From an uncultured Acidobacteriota bacterium (GTDB lineage Bacteria; Actinomycetota; Acidimicrobiia; Spongiisociales; ZC4RG35), in the NCBI GenBank assembly GCA_963828465.1, contig CAWHEU010000022.1, forward strand, positions 416,001 through 480,000: a DNA stretch of 64,000 nucleotides. The letters are read 5' to 3'. Positions 38,016-48,926 of this stretch are shown here, one piece after another (the stretch's first letter is position 1; every line of letters begins with the position of its first letter). A program made the translations under genes and the position numbers. The notes beneath the pieces are model-generated. The model was given only the letters and a program-made list of their open reading frames with translations. It was not told the origin of the DNA and did not search any database.

Positions 38016-39245
38016 ATGGCTCGGATCACGATGGAGGATCTCGGGAAGATCTACGAGGACGGCACCAGGGCGGTAGGAGACCTCCACCTCGAGATCGAGG
38101 ATGGCGAGTTCCTCGTGCTGGTGGGCCCCTCGGGGTGCGGCAAGTCGACGGTCTTGAGGATGATCGCGGGTCTCGAGGACATCACCGAGGGCACGATGAT
38201 GATCGGCGACAAGGTGGTCAACGACGTCGCTCCCAAGGATCGCGACATCGCCATGGTCTTCCAGAACTATGCCCTCTACCCCCATATGTCGGTCTACGAC
38301 AACATGGCCTTCGGTCTCAAGCTGAGGAAGTTCTCCAAGGACGAGATCCAACGCCGGGTCCATGAGGCGGCCGACATCCTCGAGATCAAGGAATACCTCC
38401 AGCGCAAGCCAAAGGCATTGTCAGGTGGCCAGAGGCAGCGCGTTGCGATGGGTCGGGCCATCGTGCGCGAGCCAGCCGCTTTCCTCATGGACGAGCCGCT
38501 GTCCAACCTCGATGCCAAGCTGAGAGTGCAGATGCGGGCCGAGTTGGAGCGTCTCCACAGCCGTCTCGAGACGACCACCGTGTATGTCACCCACGACCAG
38601 GTCGAGGCGATGACCCTCGGTGATCGTGTCGCAGTGCTCCGGCCCGTGTCATCCGCCAGGCCATGGAACCTGCAGCAGGTCGGCCGCCCCACGGACCTCT
38701 TCGACCACCCCAACAATCTCTTCGTCGCGGGATTCATCGGCAGCCCGGCCATGAACCTCAGCTACGGGACCCTGGAGAACCGCGGCGATGCGGTCTGGGT
38801 GAAGCTTCCCAATGCCGACTTGAAGGTCGACCAGCGCGCTCTCGAATCCCATCCCGGAATCGAGAACAGGATGGGCGAGGAGCTGGTCGTCGGGGTACGG
38901 CCCAATTCTCTCGAGGCCGCCGCGGTCAAGGGCCCTGACCCGGACCGGACACTGAAGGCGAAGGTGGAGGTGACCGAGATGCTCGGCGCCGAGACTTATG
39001 TCCACTTCACGGTGAATCGGCCTCCGGTGGTCACGCCCGATATCGAGGAACTGCTGGCCGACACCGGACAGGAAGTGTCCTCACTCGGCGACACGACGAA
39101 CTTCATCGCAAGAGTGAGCCCGGATGCCCGGGTCTCCCGCGGTGATGAGATCGACCTGATCGTCGACTGCGCCAAACTCCATTTCTTCGACCCGAAGAGC
39201 GGGCTCAGGGTCGGATCGGAGCAGAAGGTGGGCGCCAGCGTCTGA
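38016..39245 (+). CDS. Sugar ABC transporter ATPase (MsiK/MalK-like)
   Basis: GPSGCGKST, VFQNYALYPH, LSGGQRQR, MDEPLSNLD, VTHDQ. Confidence 0.95.
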   Translation: MARITMEDLGKIYEDGTRAVGDLHLEIEDGEFLVLVGPSGCGKSTVLRMIAGLEDITEGTMMIGDKVVNDVAPKDRDIAMVFQNYALYPHMSVYDNMAFGLKLRKFSKDEIQRRVHEAADILEIKEYLQRKPKALSGGQRQRVAMGRAIVREPAAFLMDEPLSNLDAKLRVQMRAELERLHSRLETTTVYVTHDQVEAMTLGDRVAVLRPVSSARPWNLQQVGRPTDLFDHPNNLFVAGFIGSPAMNLSYGTLENRGDAVWVKLPNADLKVDQRALESHPGIENRMGEELVVGVRPNSLEAAAVKGPDPDRTLKAKVEVTEMLGAETYVHFTVNRPPVVTPDIEELLADTGQEVSSLGDTTNFIARVSPDARVSRGDEIDLIVDCAKLHFFDPKSGLRVGSEQKVGASV

Positions 39246-39264
39246 CCGGCAGACTTCCCGGGGT

Positions 39265-40629
39265 CTGAGCGACAACACGGAATCGGACGCGAGCTTTCCC
39301 GACGATTTCGCCTGGGGTGTCGGCACCTCCGCGTATCAGATCGAGGGCGGCCGGCACGAGCAGGGCAAGGGCGACTCGATATGGGATCGCTTCTCCGACC
39401 TGGGGCGTCTCCGTGATCCCGGTGACATCGCCTGCGACCATTTCCATCGCATGGGCGAGGATCTCGACCTCCTCGCCAACCTCGGTGTCTCTGCTTACCG
39501 TTTCTCGATCTCGTGGCCGCGGGTCATCCCCGACGGCGATGGAAGGGTGAATCAGGCGGGTCTCGATTTCTATCGGCGTCTCGTCGCCGGGTTGTGGGCT
39601 CGTGGGATAACGCCCTACGTGACTTTGTATCACTGGGACCTGCCGCAAGCACTGCAGGACAAGGGTGGATGGGCCAAGCGGAGCACCGTCGACGCTTTCG
39701 CTCGTTATGCCTGTGTGGTGGCCGGAGCGCTGGGGGAGCACGCCACCCACTGGATCACTCAGAACGAACCGTGGGTGACGACCATGATGGGTCACCGGGA
39801 TGGGGTCTTCGCTCCCGGCATCTCCGACTGGCCAACTGCGGTCACCGTCGGCCACCACCTCCTGTTGTCGCACGGGCATGCGGTGGAGGAAATTCGTGGT
39901 GTGGTGACGGACGCCAAGGTTGGGATCGGAATAGATTGCCGCCCGGCCGAGCCCGCCTCCGATTCGGAAGAGGACCGAGCAGCGACCCGCTACTACGACG
40001 GTTCTCGCAATCGTTGGTTCTTCGACCCGGTGTTCGGGCGCGGGTACCCCGACGACGTGATGAGGGTGTACGTGGATCGTGGCCGAATCGGTCCTGGAGT
40101 CATCGCAAAAGGCGACATGGAGACGATCGCCATCCCGATCGACTTCCTCGGGCTCAATTACTACACGACGGTCACCATCGCAGCCGGTGACGACGAGCCC
40201 GCCGAGTTGGGCCTGCCGCCTGGCCCCGATCCACGACCGGGTCACACCGACATGGGATGGAAGGTCGACCCCGACGGTCTGAACCGCTACCTCCGATATC
40301 TGAACGAGACATACGCACCATCTTCGATCCTCGTCACCGAGAACGGCGCCAGCTACTCCGACGGGCCGGATGCGATCGGGGTGATCGACGACCGCCGACG
40401 AATCGACTACCTGAGATCGCACGTAGGGGCCATAGCCGAGGCCCGAGCCGAACAGGTCCCGGTCGATGGCTACTTCGTTTGGAGCTTCATGGACAACCTG
40501 GAATGGGTCGAGGGCTTCTCACAGAAGTTCGGTCTGGTGTGGGTGGATCGCAAAACGCTCGATCGTTCGCCCAAACGGAGCTTCGACTGGTATCGCGAGC
40601 TGGTCACCACGGGTACGTTGACGGGCTGA
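39265..40629 (+). CDS. GH1 beta-glucosidase (apparent non-canonical start CTG 39265)
   Basis: FPDDFAWG..TSAYQIEG N-terminus lies in frame upstream of the first ATG; TLYHWDLP, NEP acid/base, TENG nucleophile. Confidence 0.9.
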   Translation: MSDNTESDASFPDDFAWGVGTSAYQIEGGRHEQGKGDSIWDRFSDLGRLRDPGDIACDHFHRMGEDLDLLANLGVSAYRFSISWPRVIPDGDGRVNQAGLDFYRRLVAGLWARGITPYVTLYHWDLPQALQDKGGWAKRSTVDAFARYACVVAGALGEHATHWITQNEPWVTTMMGHRDGVFAPGISDWPTAVTVGHHLLLSHGHAVEEIRGVVTDAKVGIGIDCRPAEPASDSEEDRAATRYYDGSRNRWFFDPVFGRGYPDDVMRVYVDRGRIGPGVIAKGDMETIAIPIDFLGLNYYTTVTIAAGDDEPAELGLPPGPDPRPGHTDMGWKVDPDGLNRYLRYLNETYAPSSILVTENGASYSDGPDAIGVIDDRRRIDYLRSHVGAIAEARAEQVPVDGYFVWSFMDNLEWVEGFSQKFGLVWVDRKTLDRSPKRSFDWYRELVTTGTLTG

Positions 40630-41369
40630 TGACGAGGACAATGACCTGTGACTGTGAGGCGGTGATCTCCGCCGAGGACACCGAGTCGCTGATCGGCCCG
40701 GTGAAGGCCCATTTCGACGAGGCACATCCCGAGTTCGAAGACACGCTTGCCGCTATCCGAAACTACCTCGAGTCCGAGGATCGCTCCATCGGTCCCACTG
40801 AGCGGCTGGCGACGATTGGCGAGGTGGAGATCCTCCCGATGGGACCAGATTCGGCGACGGATGCGATCGAGTTCTTCGACACAGATGCGTTCCCCGACAA
40901 TCCGTGGTGGGGTGCCTGTTATTGCATGTTCTACCCGCGGGGCGGAAGGACCAATGAGAACTGGGGCCAGGAGCCGTGGCAGGAGAATCGGGACGATCAA
41001 CTGGACCGGATCGAGACCGGGAAGACGACGGGAATGCTGGCCTACTCCGGAGACAAGGTGGTCGGGTGGTGCAACGCGACTCCACGGGCGGAGCTCCCCG
41101 GCCTCGCCACTGGTCGTGACGTCGGGATCCTCTCCATCCTTTGCTTCGTCATCGCCCCTCCGTACCGAGGGCAAGGGGTCGCCACCCGCCTGCTAGACGG
41201 AGTGGTGAGCCACTTCACCGACGTTGGATTCCGTCGGCTCGAGGCGTACCCGGTCAGGGAGGCAAAGGACGAAGCAAGGGCGTTCCACGGGACACTCGAT
41301 TTGTTCTCACGTTTCGGCTTCGACGTGATTTCCGAGGAGCCGTTGGTCGTCGGACGGGACCTGGGATGA
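40629..41369 (+). CDS. GNAT acetyltransferase with small N-terminal domain
   Basis: CYCMFY, VGWCNA.P, CFVIAPPYRGQGVA..LL, LEAYP. Confidence 0.85.
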   Translation: MTRTMTCDCEAVISAEDTESLIGPVKAHFDEAHPEFEDTLAAIRNYLESEDRSIGPTERLATIGEVEILPMGPDSATDAIEFFDTDAFPDNPWWGACYCMFYPRGGRTNENWGQEPWQENRDDQLDRIETGKTTGMLAYSGDKVVGWCNATPRAELPGLATGRDVGILSILCFVIAPPYRGQGVATRLLDGVVSHFTDVGFRRLEAYPVREAKDEARAFHGTLDLFSRFGFDVISEEPLVVGRDLG

Positions 41370-41722
41370 GCGAGCGGCTCGACGATTGGATGGAGGCCTA
41401 CATCGAGGCCTGGACCACCAACGACGACCACGACATCATGGCCCTGTTCACCCCGGAGGCGGTCTACGACCCTCAGACGGCGCACGGCGAGCAGCACGGC
41501 CACGGCGAGATAGTCGAATGGTGGCAGGACGTCGGCGATGACCCCGACGACTGGGATTTCGAATGGCTGCCTCTCGTGGAGACCGATGACATGGCGGTGA
41601 TCACCGCCACCACTCGCTATCTGGACCCCCCGGCCAGCTATAGAAACCTTTTCGTGATCAGATTCGACGAAGACGGGCGGTGCACCGACTTCACCGAGTG
41701 GTATATCGAAGAAGAGGCATGA
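41366..41722 (+). CDS. SnoaL/NTF2-like protein
   Basis: W..AY..AW..ND...I.ALFT.EA.Y; Y.NLFVIRFDEDGRC.DF.EWY. Confidence 0.85.
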   Translation: MSERLDDWMEAYIEAWTTNDDHDIMALFTPEAVYDPQTAHGEQHGHGEIVEWWQDVGDDPDDWDFEWLPLVETDDMAVITATTRYLDPPASYRNLFVIRFDEDGRCTDFTEWYIEEEA

Positions 41723-42546
41723 CAACAGCATTCGTGCTGGGCGGTGGAGGTCGGTGGGGAGCAGTGGAGGTCGGGATGCTCCGTGCTCTCGACGAGGCGG
41801 GGATCGTGCCCGATCTGGTGCTGGGCACGTCGATCGGCGCATTCAACGGATCGGTCATTGCCGACCGGCCGGGCGCCGACGGGGTCGAAGGTCTGAAGGA
41901 GCTATGGATCCGGATCGCGGAGAGCGCTGTCTTTCAGGGAAGCAAGATGACACGCGTCAAGAACGTCGCCAAGCTCAGACCGGCGCTGCACGAGACATCG
42001 GAGCTGCGGGCCCTCCTCGTTAGCGCCCACCCTCCCGATCGTCTCATCGAGGACCTGAGCATTCCTTTTCAGTGCGTGGCTGCATCGATCGAGAGGGCCG
42101 CCGAGCATTGGTTCACCAGCGGTCCTCTCATCGAGGCGCTCCTTGCCTCATCGGCCGTGCCGGCGCTCTTCCCGCCGGTCGAGATCGGTGGCGAGCATTT
42201 CTACGACGGCGGCCTGGTCAACTCGGTCCCCCTGGGCAGGGCAGTCGAATTGGGCGCAAAGGACATATATGTCCTCCAGGTGGGGCGCATCGAGTCGCCG
42301 CTCCGGCCGCCGCAGCGTCTCCACGAGGCTGCCCTCATCTCATTCGAGATCGCTCGTCGCCATACCTATCACACGGCTGTCGCCAACTTGCCCGACGGGA
42401 TTGGTCTTCACCTTCTGCCGTCGGGGAACCCTGTCGCTTTCGATGATGCCCGGCAGCTGAAATGGAGGGACGTGAGCTCGACCATGGGGCTCATCGATGG
42501 CGCATACACCGCGTCGAGGACCTACCTGGAGGCTGAGTGCTCATGA
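41719..42546 (+). CDS. Patatin-like phospholipase
   Basis: GGGG, GTSIG, DGG motifs. Confidence 0.92.
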   Translation: MTTAFVLGGGGRWGAVEVGMLRALDEAGIVPDLVLGTSIGAFNGSVIADRPGADGVEGLKELWIRIAESAVFQGSKMTRVKNVAKLRPALHETSELRALLVSAHPPDRLIEDLSIPFQCVAASIERAAEHWFTSGPLIEALLASSAVPALFPPVEIGGEHFYDGGLVNSVPLGRAVELGAKDIYVLQVGRIESPLRPPQRLHEAALISFEIARRHTYHTAVANLPDGIGLHLLPSGNPVAFDDARQLKWRDVSSTMGLIDGAYTASRTYLEAECS

Positions 42547-43574
42547 AGGTGCCTCCCCTGCCACCGCGCTGGGTGCGACGGCTCCTGATCGATCCGACAG
42601 TCGTGCTCTTGGTAGCACTGGCACTGATCTCGCTCCCGATCTGGATCATTGTCGCCGCCTTCGTCTCCCGATATGTCCCCGGGAATTGGCGCATCCTGCG
42701 CATCGCCTGGTTCCTGTTCCTGTACATGGTTGTGGAGGCGGTGAGCCTGGCCGTGATGTTCCTCACCTGGGTGTTCTCCGGTTTCGGCTGGAAGATGAGA
42801 TCGCCGACCTTCACAGAATTGCACTATCGGATTCTCGCGTTGATGTTGAGGACTGTGATTCGTTCGGCGGAGGTGACCTTCAAGCTCCGCGTGGTGCAGG
42901 ACGAGATGCGGCCGACCACTGCGGTGAACGGCGTCACCCGATCGATCCTGGTGTTGTCGAGGCACGCCGGCCCCGGCGATTCGTTCCTCCTCATGGACGG
43001 GCTGGTCAACGGATACCGGCGCGACCCGCGCATCGTTCTCAAGGAGTTTCTTCAGTGGGATCCAGCCGTCGATGTGATCCTGAACCGGCTGCCTGCCGCG
43101 TTCGTCCCGGTCGGTCGAAAAGGGGGAGAGGAGCTGATCGACGCTATCTCCAGCCTGGCTCACTCGATGGACAATGACGACGCATTCGTCATCTTCCCTG
43201 AAGGTGCGAATTACACCGATGGTCGGCGGGCACGTGCCATCCAGAAGCTGAGGGAGATCGGCCGCCCGGATCTCGCCGAACGCGCCGAGGATCTGAAACA
43301 AACACTGCCGCCTCGCTCGCTCGGTGTGGTCACGGCTTTGGCGGCGGCACCGCCGGACTCAGATGTGTTCTTCGTCGGGCACGCCGGTCTGGAGGCCTTC
43401 ATCACCGCAGGTGACATCTGGAGAGCGATGCCGATGGACACTGAGGTCGAGGTGAAAATCTGGCATTTCCGCTCCGAGGACATTCCGCCACCCGAAGAGC
43501 AGGAGACCTGGCTGTACGACGTCTGGGCCGAGATCGACGACTGGATCAGCGCCGAATTGGCGAAGACGGGTTAA
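42543..43574 (+). CDS. PlsC-family acyltransferase
   Basis: RHAGPGDS (HxxxxD), IFPEG, N-terminal TM segments. Confidence 0.85.
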   Translation: MKVPPLPPRWVRRLLIDPTVVLLVALALISLPIWIIVAAFVSRYVPGNWRILRIAWFLFLYMVVEAVSLAVMFLTWVFSGFGWKMRSPTFTELHYRILALMLRTVIRSAEVTFKLRVVQDEMRPTTAVNGVTRSILVLSRHAGPGDSFLLMDGLVNGYRRDPRIVLKEFLQWDPAVDVILNRLPAAFVPVGRKGGEELIDAISSLAHSMDNDDAFVIFPEGANYTDGRRARAIQKLREIGRPDLAERAEDLKQTLPPRSLGVVTALAAAPPDSDVFFVGHAGLEAFITAGDIWRAMPMDTEVEVKIWHFRSEDIPPPEEQETWLYDVWAEIDDWISAELAKTG

Positions 43575-43583
43575 GTTCTGGCC

Positions 43584-44051
43584 ATGTTGACGATCGTTGG
43601 CAACATCCTCTGGCTGATCCTGTGCGGCATCTGGATGGCCATCCTGTACTACATCGGGGGCCTGCTCGGGCTGATCCTGATCGTCACGATCCCGCTCGGC
43701 ATCCAGTCCTTCAAGTTGGGCAACTACGTGTTGTGGCCCTTCGGGAGGACCGTCGTGACGGAGCCGGGGGCCTCCGTTGTCTGGTCGGTGATAGGGAACG
43801 TGGTCTGGCTCATCCTGATCGGCTGGTGGCTAGCCCTGTTCCATGTCTTGCTGGCCGTCATCTTCTTCATCACCATCATCGGAATCCCATTCGGCATCGC
43901 CAACCTGAAGCTGGCACGCCTGGCCTTGCTCCCCTTCGGGGCGACTGTGGTCACCGAGGTTCCGTACGAGATGGAGACAATCGTGGCGGTGCCCCAGCTC
44001 GGAGCGACCACTGCACCTCAGGCCGTGTCACAGCCGGGCCCACCGACCTAG
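43584..44051 (+). CDS. YccF-family membrane protein
   Basis: Duplicated GN..W...G.W...IIGIPFG...K....L.PFG. Confidence 0.9.
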   Translation: MLTIVGNILWLILCGIWMAILYYIGGLLGLILIVTIPLGIQSFKLGNYVLWPFGRTVVTEPGASVVWSVIGNVVWLILIGWWLALFHVLLAVIFFITIIGIPFGIANLKLARLALLPFGATVVTEVPYEMETIVAVPQLGATTAPQAVSQPGPPT

Positions 44052-44077
44052 GCACGGCCGCCGGAAGCCGCCCGAGG

Positions 44078-45082
44078 TCACGGGGCCGTCTTCGGCTCCA
44101 TGAACGGCATCATCTTCCGCAGCTCCCGGCCCACGTCCTCGATCTGGTGGGCCCGATTTGCTGCCCGCTGCTCGTAGAGGAACGGCGCTCCCTCCCGGGC
44201 CTGGGCCATCCATTCGTTGGCGAATGCGCCCGACTGGATCTCTGCAAGGGCTTCCTTCATCGCAGCCCGGGTCTCGTCCGTGATGATCCGTGAGCCACGT
44301 GTGTAGTCGCCGTATTCGGCGGTGTCGGATACCGAGTAACGCATCCAGGAGAGACCCCCTTCGTAGAGGAGGTCGACGATGAGCTTCAGTTCGTGAAGCG
44401 TCTCGAAGTAGGCGGATTCGGGCTGATAACCCGCCTCGACCAGAGTCTCGAACGATGCCTTGATCAGCTCGGACACCCCGCCACAGAGGATGACCTGCTC
44501 GCCGAACAGATCGGTCTCTGTCTCTTCCTTGAAAGTGGTCTCCAGGATGCCGGCCCTGCCCCCGCCAATGGCTGATGCGTAGCTGAGCCCAACAGCGCGG
44601 GCGTTGCCCGATGCGTCCTGATGCACGGCGAGCAGACAGGGCACGCCGGAGCCCTCTGTGTAGGTGCGGCGGACGAGGTGTCCAGGACCTTTGGGAGCGA
44701 TCATTGCGACGTCGACGTCCTCCGGTGGGACGATCTCCCCGAAATGGATGTTGAACCCGTGAGCGAAGAGCAGCGTGTCGCCGGAATCGAGGTTGGGCTC
44801 GACCGACTCAGCGTAGATAACCCCCATGATCTGGTCCGGGACCAGCATCATGATGGTGTCCGCCCACTGGGCGGCCCCTTCGGGAGTAAGCACCCGAAGG
44901 CCCGCGCCTTCGGCCTCGGCCCAACTCGGGGAACCCTCACGCAGACCCACTACGACATCCACACCTGATTCCTTCAGGTTCAGGGCATGAGCGTGACCCT
45001 GGCTCCCGTAGCCGATGACGGCCACCTTCTTGGCTCGGATGAGCTCCGGATCACTATCGGCGTCGTAGTAGATGGTTGCCAT
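44078..45082 (-). CDS. ilvC: Ketol-acid reductoisomerase
   Basis: [34 protein letters not shown]. Confidence 0.97.
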   Translation of the reverse strand: MATIYYDADSDPELIRAKKVAVIGYGSQGHAHALNLKESGVDVVVGLREGSPSWAEAEGAGLRVLTPEGAAQWADTIMMLVPDQIMGVIYAESVEPNLDSGDTLLFAHGFNIHFGEIVPPEDVDVAMIAPKGPGHLVRRTYTEGSGVPCLLAVHQDASGNARAVGLSYASAIGGGRAGILETTFKEETETDLFGEQVILCGGVSELIKASFETLVEAGYQPESAYFETLHELKLIVDLLYEGGLSWMRYSVSDTAEYGDYTRGSRIITDETRAAMKEALAEIQSGAFANEWMAQAREGAPFLYEQRAANRAHQIEDVGRELRKMMPFMEPKTAP

Positions 45083-45142
45083 GCCCAGATTGTGGTCGCT
45101 TTCGCTCTCGGGAAAAACTCGGCGTCATAGGATGCCTGGCCA

Positions 45143-46810
45143 ATGACACAGAAGATCAGATCCCAAGAAGTGACGGAGGGCCCGGCCAAGGCAGGTGCAA
45201 GGGCGATGTTGCGCGCCGTCGGTCTGACCGAGGAGGACTTCGGCAGGCCTCAGGTCGGCGTGGTCTCCGCCGGGAACGAGGTGACTCCCTGCAATCTCAC
45301 CGGCCCCGAGCTGTCGAGGCACGCCAAGACCGGTGTGGCGTCGGCCGGGGGAGTGGGATTGGTTTTCTCCACGATCGCCGTCTCCGACGGCATCTCGATG
45401 GGTCACGAGGGCATGAGGGCTTCGTTGGTCTCTCGGGAAGTCATTGCCGACTCGGTCGAGCTGGTGATGCATGCCGAAAGGTTCGACGCCCTTGTCGCCA
45501 TCGCGGGATGCGACAAGTCGCTGCCCGGGATGCTGATGGCGGCCGCCCGGCTCGATCTCCCCGCCATCTTCCTCTACGGCGGCTCGAGTCTTCCCGGCCA
45601 CTACGCCGGGCGGGACATCTCGATCGTGGACGTGTTCGAAGGGATCGGCGCCGAGTCCGAGGGCCGCATCACCATCGAAGAGCTCCTGGAACTCGAGCGA
45701 GCCGCCTGCCCCGGGGCTGGGTCCTGTGCAGGAATGTTCACCGCCAACACGATGGCGTCGGTTGGCGAAGCCATCGGGATGTCACTCCCCGGCTCCGCCT
45801 CGGTCCCCGCCGTCGACCCTCGCCTTCATGGCTATGCCGAGCGATCGGGCGAGGCGGTGATGAGGCTCCTCGAGGATCGCGTACGTCCCCGGGACATCAT
45901 GACGCGGCCTGCCTTTGAGAACGCCATCACCACGGTCATGGCCCTCGGTGGCTCGACCAATGCCGTCCTTCATCTCCTCGCCATCGCCCGCGAGGCGGAG
46001 GTGGGACTGGAACTGGAGGATTTCGACCGGATCTCCCGTCGTACCCCCCACATCGGCGATCTAAAGCCGTTCGGGAGATACCACATGGTCGATCTGGATC
46101 GGGTTGGGGGAGTGCCGATCGTCCTTCGTGCTCTTCTCGACGAGGGCTTGATCAACGGTGACACTCTGACCGTCACCGGTCGCACCATGGCCGAGAACCT
46201 GTCGGAAATCGTCTTCAACCAAGAGCAGGATGTGATCGCGCCTCCGTCCGCGCCACTGGCTCCGGAAGGTGGAATCGCCGTCCTCAGGGGCAATCTCGCC
46301 CCCGGTGGTGCGGTGGTCAAAGTGGCTGGAATCGATCTCGATGTGTTCGAGGGACCGGCTCGGGTCTTCGACGGGGAGCAAGGTGCGATTCAGGCGTTGT
46401 TCGACCATCAGATCAAGCCTGGCGACGTAGTCCTGATCCGAACCGAGGGACCAAAGGGCGGACCCGGGATGCGGGAGATGCTCCAGGTCACCGCTGCCCT
46501 CAAGGGCGCCGGTCTGGGCAAGGAAGTACTCCTGGTGACCGACGGGAGGTTCTCCGGCGGAACAACCGGTCTCTGCATCGGCCATGTCGCCCCCGAATCG
46601 GAGGCCGGCGGCCCGATGGCGCTCGTAGCCGAGGGGGATCGGGTTCGGGTCGATGTCCCAGCCCGACGACTCGACGTCCTCGTCGACCAACAGGTGCTCG
46701 ATGACCGCGCTACGACCTGGTCACCACACCCGGCGCGGTATGAGACCGGCGCTCTGGCCAAATACGCCCGGCTCGTCGGTTCAGCCGAAACGGGAGCAGT
46801 CACCGGCTAG
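45143..46810 (+). CDS. ilvD: Dihydroxy-acid dehydratase
   Basis: [46 protein letters not shown]. Confidence 0.96.
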   Translation: MTQKIRSQEVTEGPAKAGARAMLRAVGLTEEDFGRPQVGVVSAGNEVTPCNLTGPELSRHAKTGVASAGGVGLVFSTIAVSDGISMGHEGMRASLVSREVIADSVELVMHAERFDALVAIAGCDKSLPGMLMAAARLDLPAIFLYGGSSLPGHYAGRDISIVDVFEGIGAESEGRITIEELLELERAACPGAGSCAGMFTANTMASVGEAIGMSLPGSASVPAVDPRLHGYAERSGEAVMRLLEDRVRPRDIMTRPAFENAITTVMALGGSTNAVLHLLAIAREAEVGLELEDFDRISRRTPHIGDLKPFGRYHMVDLDRVGGVPIVLRALLDEGLINGDTLTVTGRTMAENLSEIVFNQEQDVIAPPSAPLAPEGGIAVLRGNLAPGGAVVKVAGIDLDVFEGPARVFDGEQGAIQALFDHQIKPGDVVLIRTEGPKGGPGMREMLQVTAALKGAGLGKEVLLVTDGRFSGGTTGLCIGHVAPESEAGGPMALVAEGDRVRVDVPARRLDVLVDQQVLDDRATTWSPHPARYETGALAKYARLVGSAETGAVTG

Positions 46811-46820
46811 CTTCTCCGAG

Positions 46821-47798
46821 GTGAGCGCAGAACCCGTCCCCCAAGAGAGGGAAAAGCGAGGTTTCTTCAAGCGCGCCGCCCGCGGGGCCAGTGAACGGGT
46901 ACTGGACGTCGTCGACCCGGACTTGGTCCTCGAGCATGTCGATGTGAACGCCCTGCTCGAACGCATAGACATCAATTCCCTTCTCGATCGCATCGACGTC
47001 GAGCGCCTGATCGGGCGGATCGATATCGACGAGCTGCTCAAGGCAGCCGACATCGATGCCCTGATGGAGCGGGTAGACATCAAGGCCTTGATCGATCGGG
47101 CCGGGATCCCCGAGATCGTCGCCGAGAGCACCAGTCACCTGACCGGGTCAGCGCTCGACATGTTCCGCAGGCCCATAGTGGGGATCGACGAGATCCTGTT
47201 CAAGGGCATCAACCGCCTGTTCCGCCGGGACCTCCAGAGTTTTCCAACCGGACCAGGGGCTCTGGTCGACTGGGTGGACGACCACACCGAGGACACCGGG
47301 GTCCGGACCGGGCGCTACGCCGGCCCGCTGACCCGGACGATCGCCCTCATGCTGGACATACTGATCGTGACCACCGGGTTCACCGTGATCGTCGCCGGAG
47401 CGAGCTATCTGATCGAGCTGGTCAGCCCGGTCGAGGTCGAGCCGACGCGAGGGTTGTGGTACATCGTCGGCTTCGTCGTGTGGGCGATCCTCTATCTGTG
47501 GCTGTCGATCGCCATATTCGGCAAAACCCTGGGCAAGACGTTCATGGGCGTCCGGGTCGTGGATTCGCAAGGGTCGGTGGCGCTTCACAGCCGACAGTCC
47601 CTGGTTCGGGCAATCACCTACCCCCTTTCCTTTGTCGTCTTGGGTCTTGGCCTGCTCGGGATCTTGTTCGGCCGGGAGCGACGCGCATGGCACGACAATT
47701 TCGCCGGGACTGCGGTGGTCTACGACTGGGGGAGCCGCACCGCTCGACTGTCCACGCCCCTGGCCGCATGGCTGGAACGCAAAGGTATGGAGAGCTAG
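46821..47798 (+). CDS. RDD-family membrane protein with N-terminal 9-residue repeats
   Basis: YAG..TR..A..LD, GKTLGK..MGVRVV, RRAWHD..AGT.VVY. Confidence 0.85.
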   Translation: MSAEPVPQEREKRGFFKRAARGASERVLDVVDPDLVLEHVDVNALLERIDINSLLDRIDVERLIGRIDIDELLKAADIDALMERVDIKALIDRAGIPEIVAESTSHLTGSALDMFRRPIVGIDEILFKGINRLFRRDLQSFPTGPGALVDWVDDHTEDTGVRTGRYAGPLTRTIALMLDILIVTTGFTVIVAGASYLIELVSPVEVEPTRGLWYIVGFVVWAILYLWLSIAIFGKTLGKTFMGVRVVDSQGSVALHSRQSLVRAITYPLSFVVLGLGLLGILFGRERRAWHDNFAGTAVVYDWGSRTARLSTPLAAWLERKGMES

Positions 47799-48916
47799 CG
47801 GAAGCGGGCCGGTGAGGTCACGGCCGGATCTATTCCCGATAGGTCGGGCGGCAGTCTGGAGCCCAGGACCTGGCTGGCCACGAGGGCGCCATAAGCGGGT
47901 GCGGTTTGGATGCCCGTGCCACCCTGGCCGACCAGCCAGAAGAAACGTGGGGCGGTCGGCTCTTCCCCGATGACCATCTCCCGATCGGGGGCGAATGTGC
48001 GCAACCCGGTCCACTGGGAGTTGACCGACCTGATGTCGAGCGTGGTTGCCTCGTTTATCCGTTCGATGGCGAGGGCGACATCGGCCATGTCGGGCCGGGG
48101 GTCCAGTGGGGGCGACGGCGTCTCCTCGGCGAGCGAGCAGAGGAGCTGGGCGCCATCGGGGCGGAAATAGAAGAGCTGGTCGACATCGACGACAAACGGC
48201 CATCCGTCGTAGGACCGATCTCCCGGAACCATGAAGGCGGTTCGACGCATCGGTTGGAGACCTACCGGTTCGATTCCTGCCAGACCTGCCACCAAATCGC
48301 CCCAAGCGCCGGAGGCATTGATCACGGCTGTGCATTCGACGTCCCCCTCTGGGGTCGACACCCGCCACCCTCGGCCGGCCCTCGCGAGACCGGTGACAGG
48401 CGAAGACACCCGAAGCTCGGCACCGGACTTCCTGGCGATGCGCACAAACGCCTGATGGAGGGCGGCGACATCGATGTCGAGGGCGTTTGGCTCGTAGAGG
48501 CCCCCGGCGACACGTTCCGGCCGCATCATCGGGACGAGCCGGAGGACCTCGTCTGTGTCGACCAGGACCGACCCGGCACCGAGAGTCTCGCCGTCACTGG
48601 CCATAGCGCGCAGACGATCGAATCGAGCCTCGTCGGACACCCAGAGGAGACCGCGATCCGAGAGCAGGGGGGCGTCGGCCGAGTCCTCCGGCGGGTCTTC
48701 GAGGAACGTCCTGCTCGCCAAGCACAGAGGGCGGGAGCCGTCGGCGCCGTAGTTGGCAACGAACATCGCCGCTGACCGACCGGTGGTGTGGAAGGCGAGG
48801 CTTCGCTCCGCTTCGAGCAGAATCACGGAGCCATGAGGGGCGAGGTGGGCGGCAGCCGAGACGCCGGCGATTCCGCCTCCGATGATTGCGAAGTCGGTCA
48901 TTGGATGGGCGGTCAA
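47795..48916 (-). CDS. FAD-dependent oxidoreductase (DAO/DadA family)
   Basis: IIGGGIAG, HTTGRSAA, NASGAW, GLRTFAPD, GQGG.GIQT. Confidence 0.9.
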   Translation of the reverse strand: MTAHPMTDFAIIGGGIAGVSAAAHLAPHGSVILLEAERSLAFHTTGRSAAMFVANYGADGSRPLCLASRTFLEDPPEDSADAPLLSDRGLLWVSDEARFDRLRAMASDGETLGAGSVLVDTDEVLRLVPMMRPERVAGGLYEPNALDIDVAALHQAFVRIARKSGAELRVSSPVTGLARAGRGWRVSTPEGDVECTAVINASGAWGDLVAGLAGIEPVGLQPMRRTAFMVPGDRSYDGWPFVVDVDQLFYFRPDGAQLLCSLAEETPSPPLDPRPDMADVALAIERINEATTLDIRSVNSQWTGLRTFAPDREMVIGEEPTAPRFFWLVGQGGTGIQTAPAYGALVASQVLGSRLPPDLSGIDPAVTSPARFR

Positions 48917-48926
48917 TCGGGCACGG

